Part shown: positions 62,301-64,000 of the stretch, piece after piece
Position numbering within the stretch: position 1 is the stretch's first letter
Layout of the letters: every line of letters begins with the position of its first letter
Assembly (NCBI RefSeq): GCF_963921235.1
Contig: NC_086108.1
Coordinates: forward strand, 38,876,001 to 38,940,000
Direction: 5' to 3'
DNA from: Mobula hypostoma
Taxonomy: Eukaryota
Length of the DNA: 64,000 nucleotides
Made by a program: the position numbers and the translations under genes
The notes under the pieces: generated by a model
Database searches by the model: none
Told to the model about the DNA's origin: nothing
The model's input: the letters and a program-made list of their open reading frames with translations, nothing else

Positions 62301-62837
62301 ACATTTGAACTGCTGCAAACTGCACTACTTATTTAACTATTTTATATATATATATATTTACTATAATTTACAGTATTATTATATATTGCATTGTGCTGCT
62401 GCTACAAAGACAACAAATTTTATGATATGTGCCGCTGAGATTAAACTTCTGAAGAGTGCAGAGTGACAATTAGGAGGTGGGAGGTGACTTTTGCATTGTC
62501 TGGCATAGAAATGATGGGCTGAATGGTTTCCTTCCCAGCCATCAATGTCCTTCCTCTCCCCGATGCAATGTTAGTCCAGATAGGTTTAGGTGGGAAAATT
62601 TCTGAAAGGTTCTTAATGTGTTACGGGAATTTGTTTTTGGAAAATAAAGATAACAGTGGGTTTTCAGGTGATTAATCGTTGACCTAAAAATTACTGTTCT
62701 GCTATTTATACCTAGTTGCTCTATCAAATTTCTGAGGATGTTATCATTCTGGCTCTGCTTTTCTGTCTCAGTATAATCAGCATTAGGCCAAAGTTATCAG
62801 CAGAGAATACCTGAGACAGTTATAATACTATGTTAGG

Positions 62838-63025
62838 AACACACACACACAATGCTGGAGGAGCTCAGCAGCATCTATGGAAGGGAGTAAATATTCAACA
62901 TCTTGGCCCAAAACATAGACTCTTTATTCCTTTCCGTACTGTAGATGCTGCCTAACCTACTGAGCTCCTCCAGCATTTTTGTATGTTACTCCGGATTTCC
63001 AGTACTTGCAGAATATCTTGTGTAT
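62838..63025. mobile_element. Short Penelope-derived fold-back remnant
   Basis: aatgctggaggagctcagcagcatcta paired with tagatgctgcc..tgagctcctccagcatt; the HHR core is deleted at the hairpin tip. Confidence 0.7.
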
Positions 63026-63739
63026 TTTTCCCAAGTTGTGTTGGCTAGTTTGCCAGTGTGAGCTCACAAACTAGCAGTGTGAGTGTGTTAACCAATGATT
63101 CAAACAAAGCAACATCAGACATCACCATTGGGTAATCATCACATGCCTTTGGAGACAGACTCTTCGTGCTTCCAGTGTATTCATTTGGATTCTTTCTCTC
63201 CAGGAATCGACATACCTCACACACAAGACAATTTAATTCTAGGTTCTTGTTGATCTTGCATTCTTTCTTCCCCAATGTATTGAGTTCGCGATCAGGCAAA
63301 ATATTTGAGTAAAGTTGGCTGAGTGAGTTTTTTTTTAGTCAGGAGAATGAGTAGTAGTCTTAATCTTTCCATCAAATTACAGACATCAATCCGCACCAGG
63401 GAACTAGGCAGATGTCACTGTTTGGAATACTGTGTCTAATTAAGCTCCCCCTGTTTATGCTGGTGTATGACGCACACAAAATCCATGCTTGTGGCTCACA
63501 AGACCAGCAAACTGTGCTGCTGGACGCCTGAAAGTGCAGCACTCAGGCCCTGTTTCGCAGTAATATTAAGTCAGCCGGTTCTCTCGAAAGCCACCTCTTG
63601 AATGGGAAAGTGTATGTGACTGAGACCACTAAAGCTGACAACATGCTTAATCCTCCTCCTGACATCCCACTGCATTATTCCACCTCCTTTCCGATCACAC
63701 GCTGAGGATGTGTAAGCATGCCTCTCTCACTTTCACTCC

Positions 63740-64000
63740 GCAACCCTTCCCTTCTCACAGCAGGTCCATAGCAGATGCCATATTATTGGCTCTTCACTCA
63801 ATCCTGGAACATTGGGACAGCAAAGATGGACACATCAGGTCAGTTCAGCATTTGATGCCATCTTCCCGTCAAATATATCAATAAGCTTCAAGACCCTGGC
63901 CTCATACCTCCTTGGGCAATTGGATCCTCAATTTCCTCACTTGCAGACCCCAGTCAGTCTGGATTGACAACATCTCCTCCACGATCTCCATCAGCACAGA
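63740..64000 (+). mobile_element. L2/Rex1-type RT fragment running off the window end
   Basis: RSIADAILLALHSILEH...NWILNFLTCRPQSV...ISISTG-like sequence. Confidence 0.65.

Noticed and set aside
53478..64000. Canonical CRB1 exon 12 (TM, GTYSPS, ERLI)
   Set aside because: No such sequence found by eye. It is probably beyond the window, so loss is not claimed.

Overview
Vertebrate genomic DNA, most likely a cartilaginous fish (ray/shark), inferred from the repeat families and protein divergence. It holds the middle and 3' part of CRB1 (crumbs 1) on the + strand: exons equivalent to human 5-11, all with GT-AG sites and matching phases. The canonical TM/ERLI exon 12 was not seen and probably lies downstream. 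Main observations: (1) an apparent complete photoreceptor CRB1-B isoform, with an internal first exon encoding a signal-peptide-like leader (8521/8548-8596) behind CRX/OTX and MAF(NRL)-type motifs, plus the exon-11 read-through C-terminus; (2) in the 25 kb intron 8, a nested transposon stack in which an old Gypsy-type LTR element has had most of pol replaced by an intronless RBM25 mRNA fragment, later split by a younger 7.7 kb Gypsy element; (3) three Penelope-like insertions with inverted ends, TSDs and hammerhead-ribozyme motifs on both strands. Also present: CR1, L2/Rex1-type, R2/HERO-type, Tigger, Tc1, hAT and V-SINE remnants. All family and gene assignments come from motif recognition by eye, not database searches.
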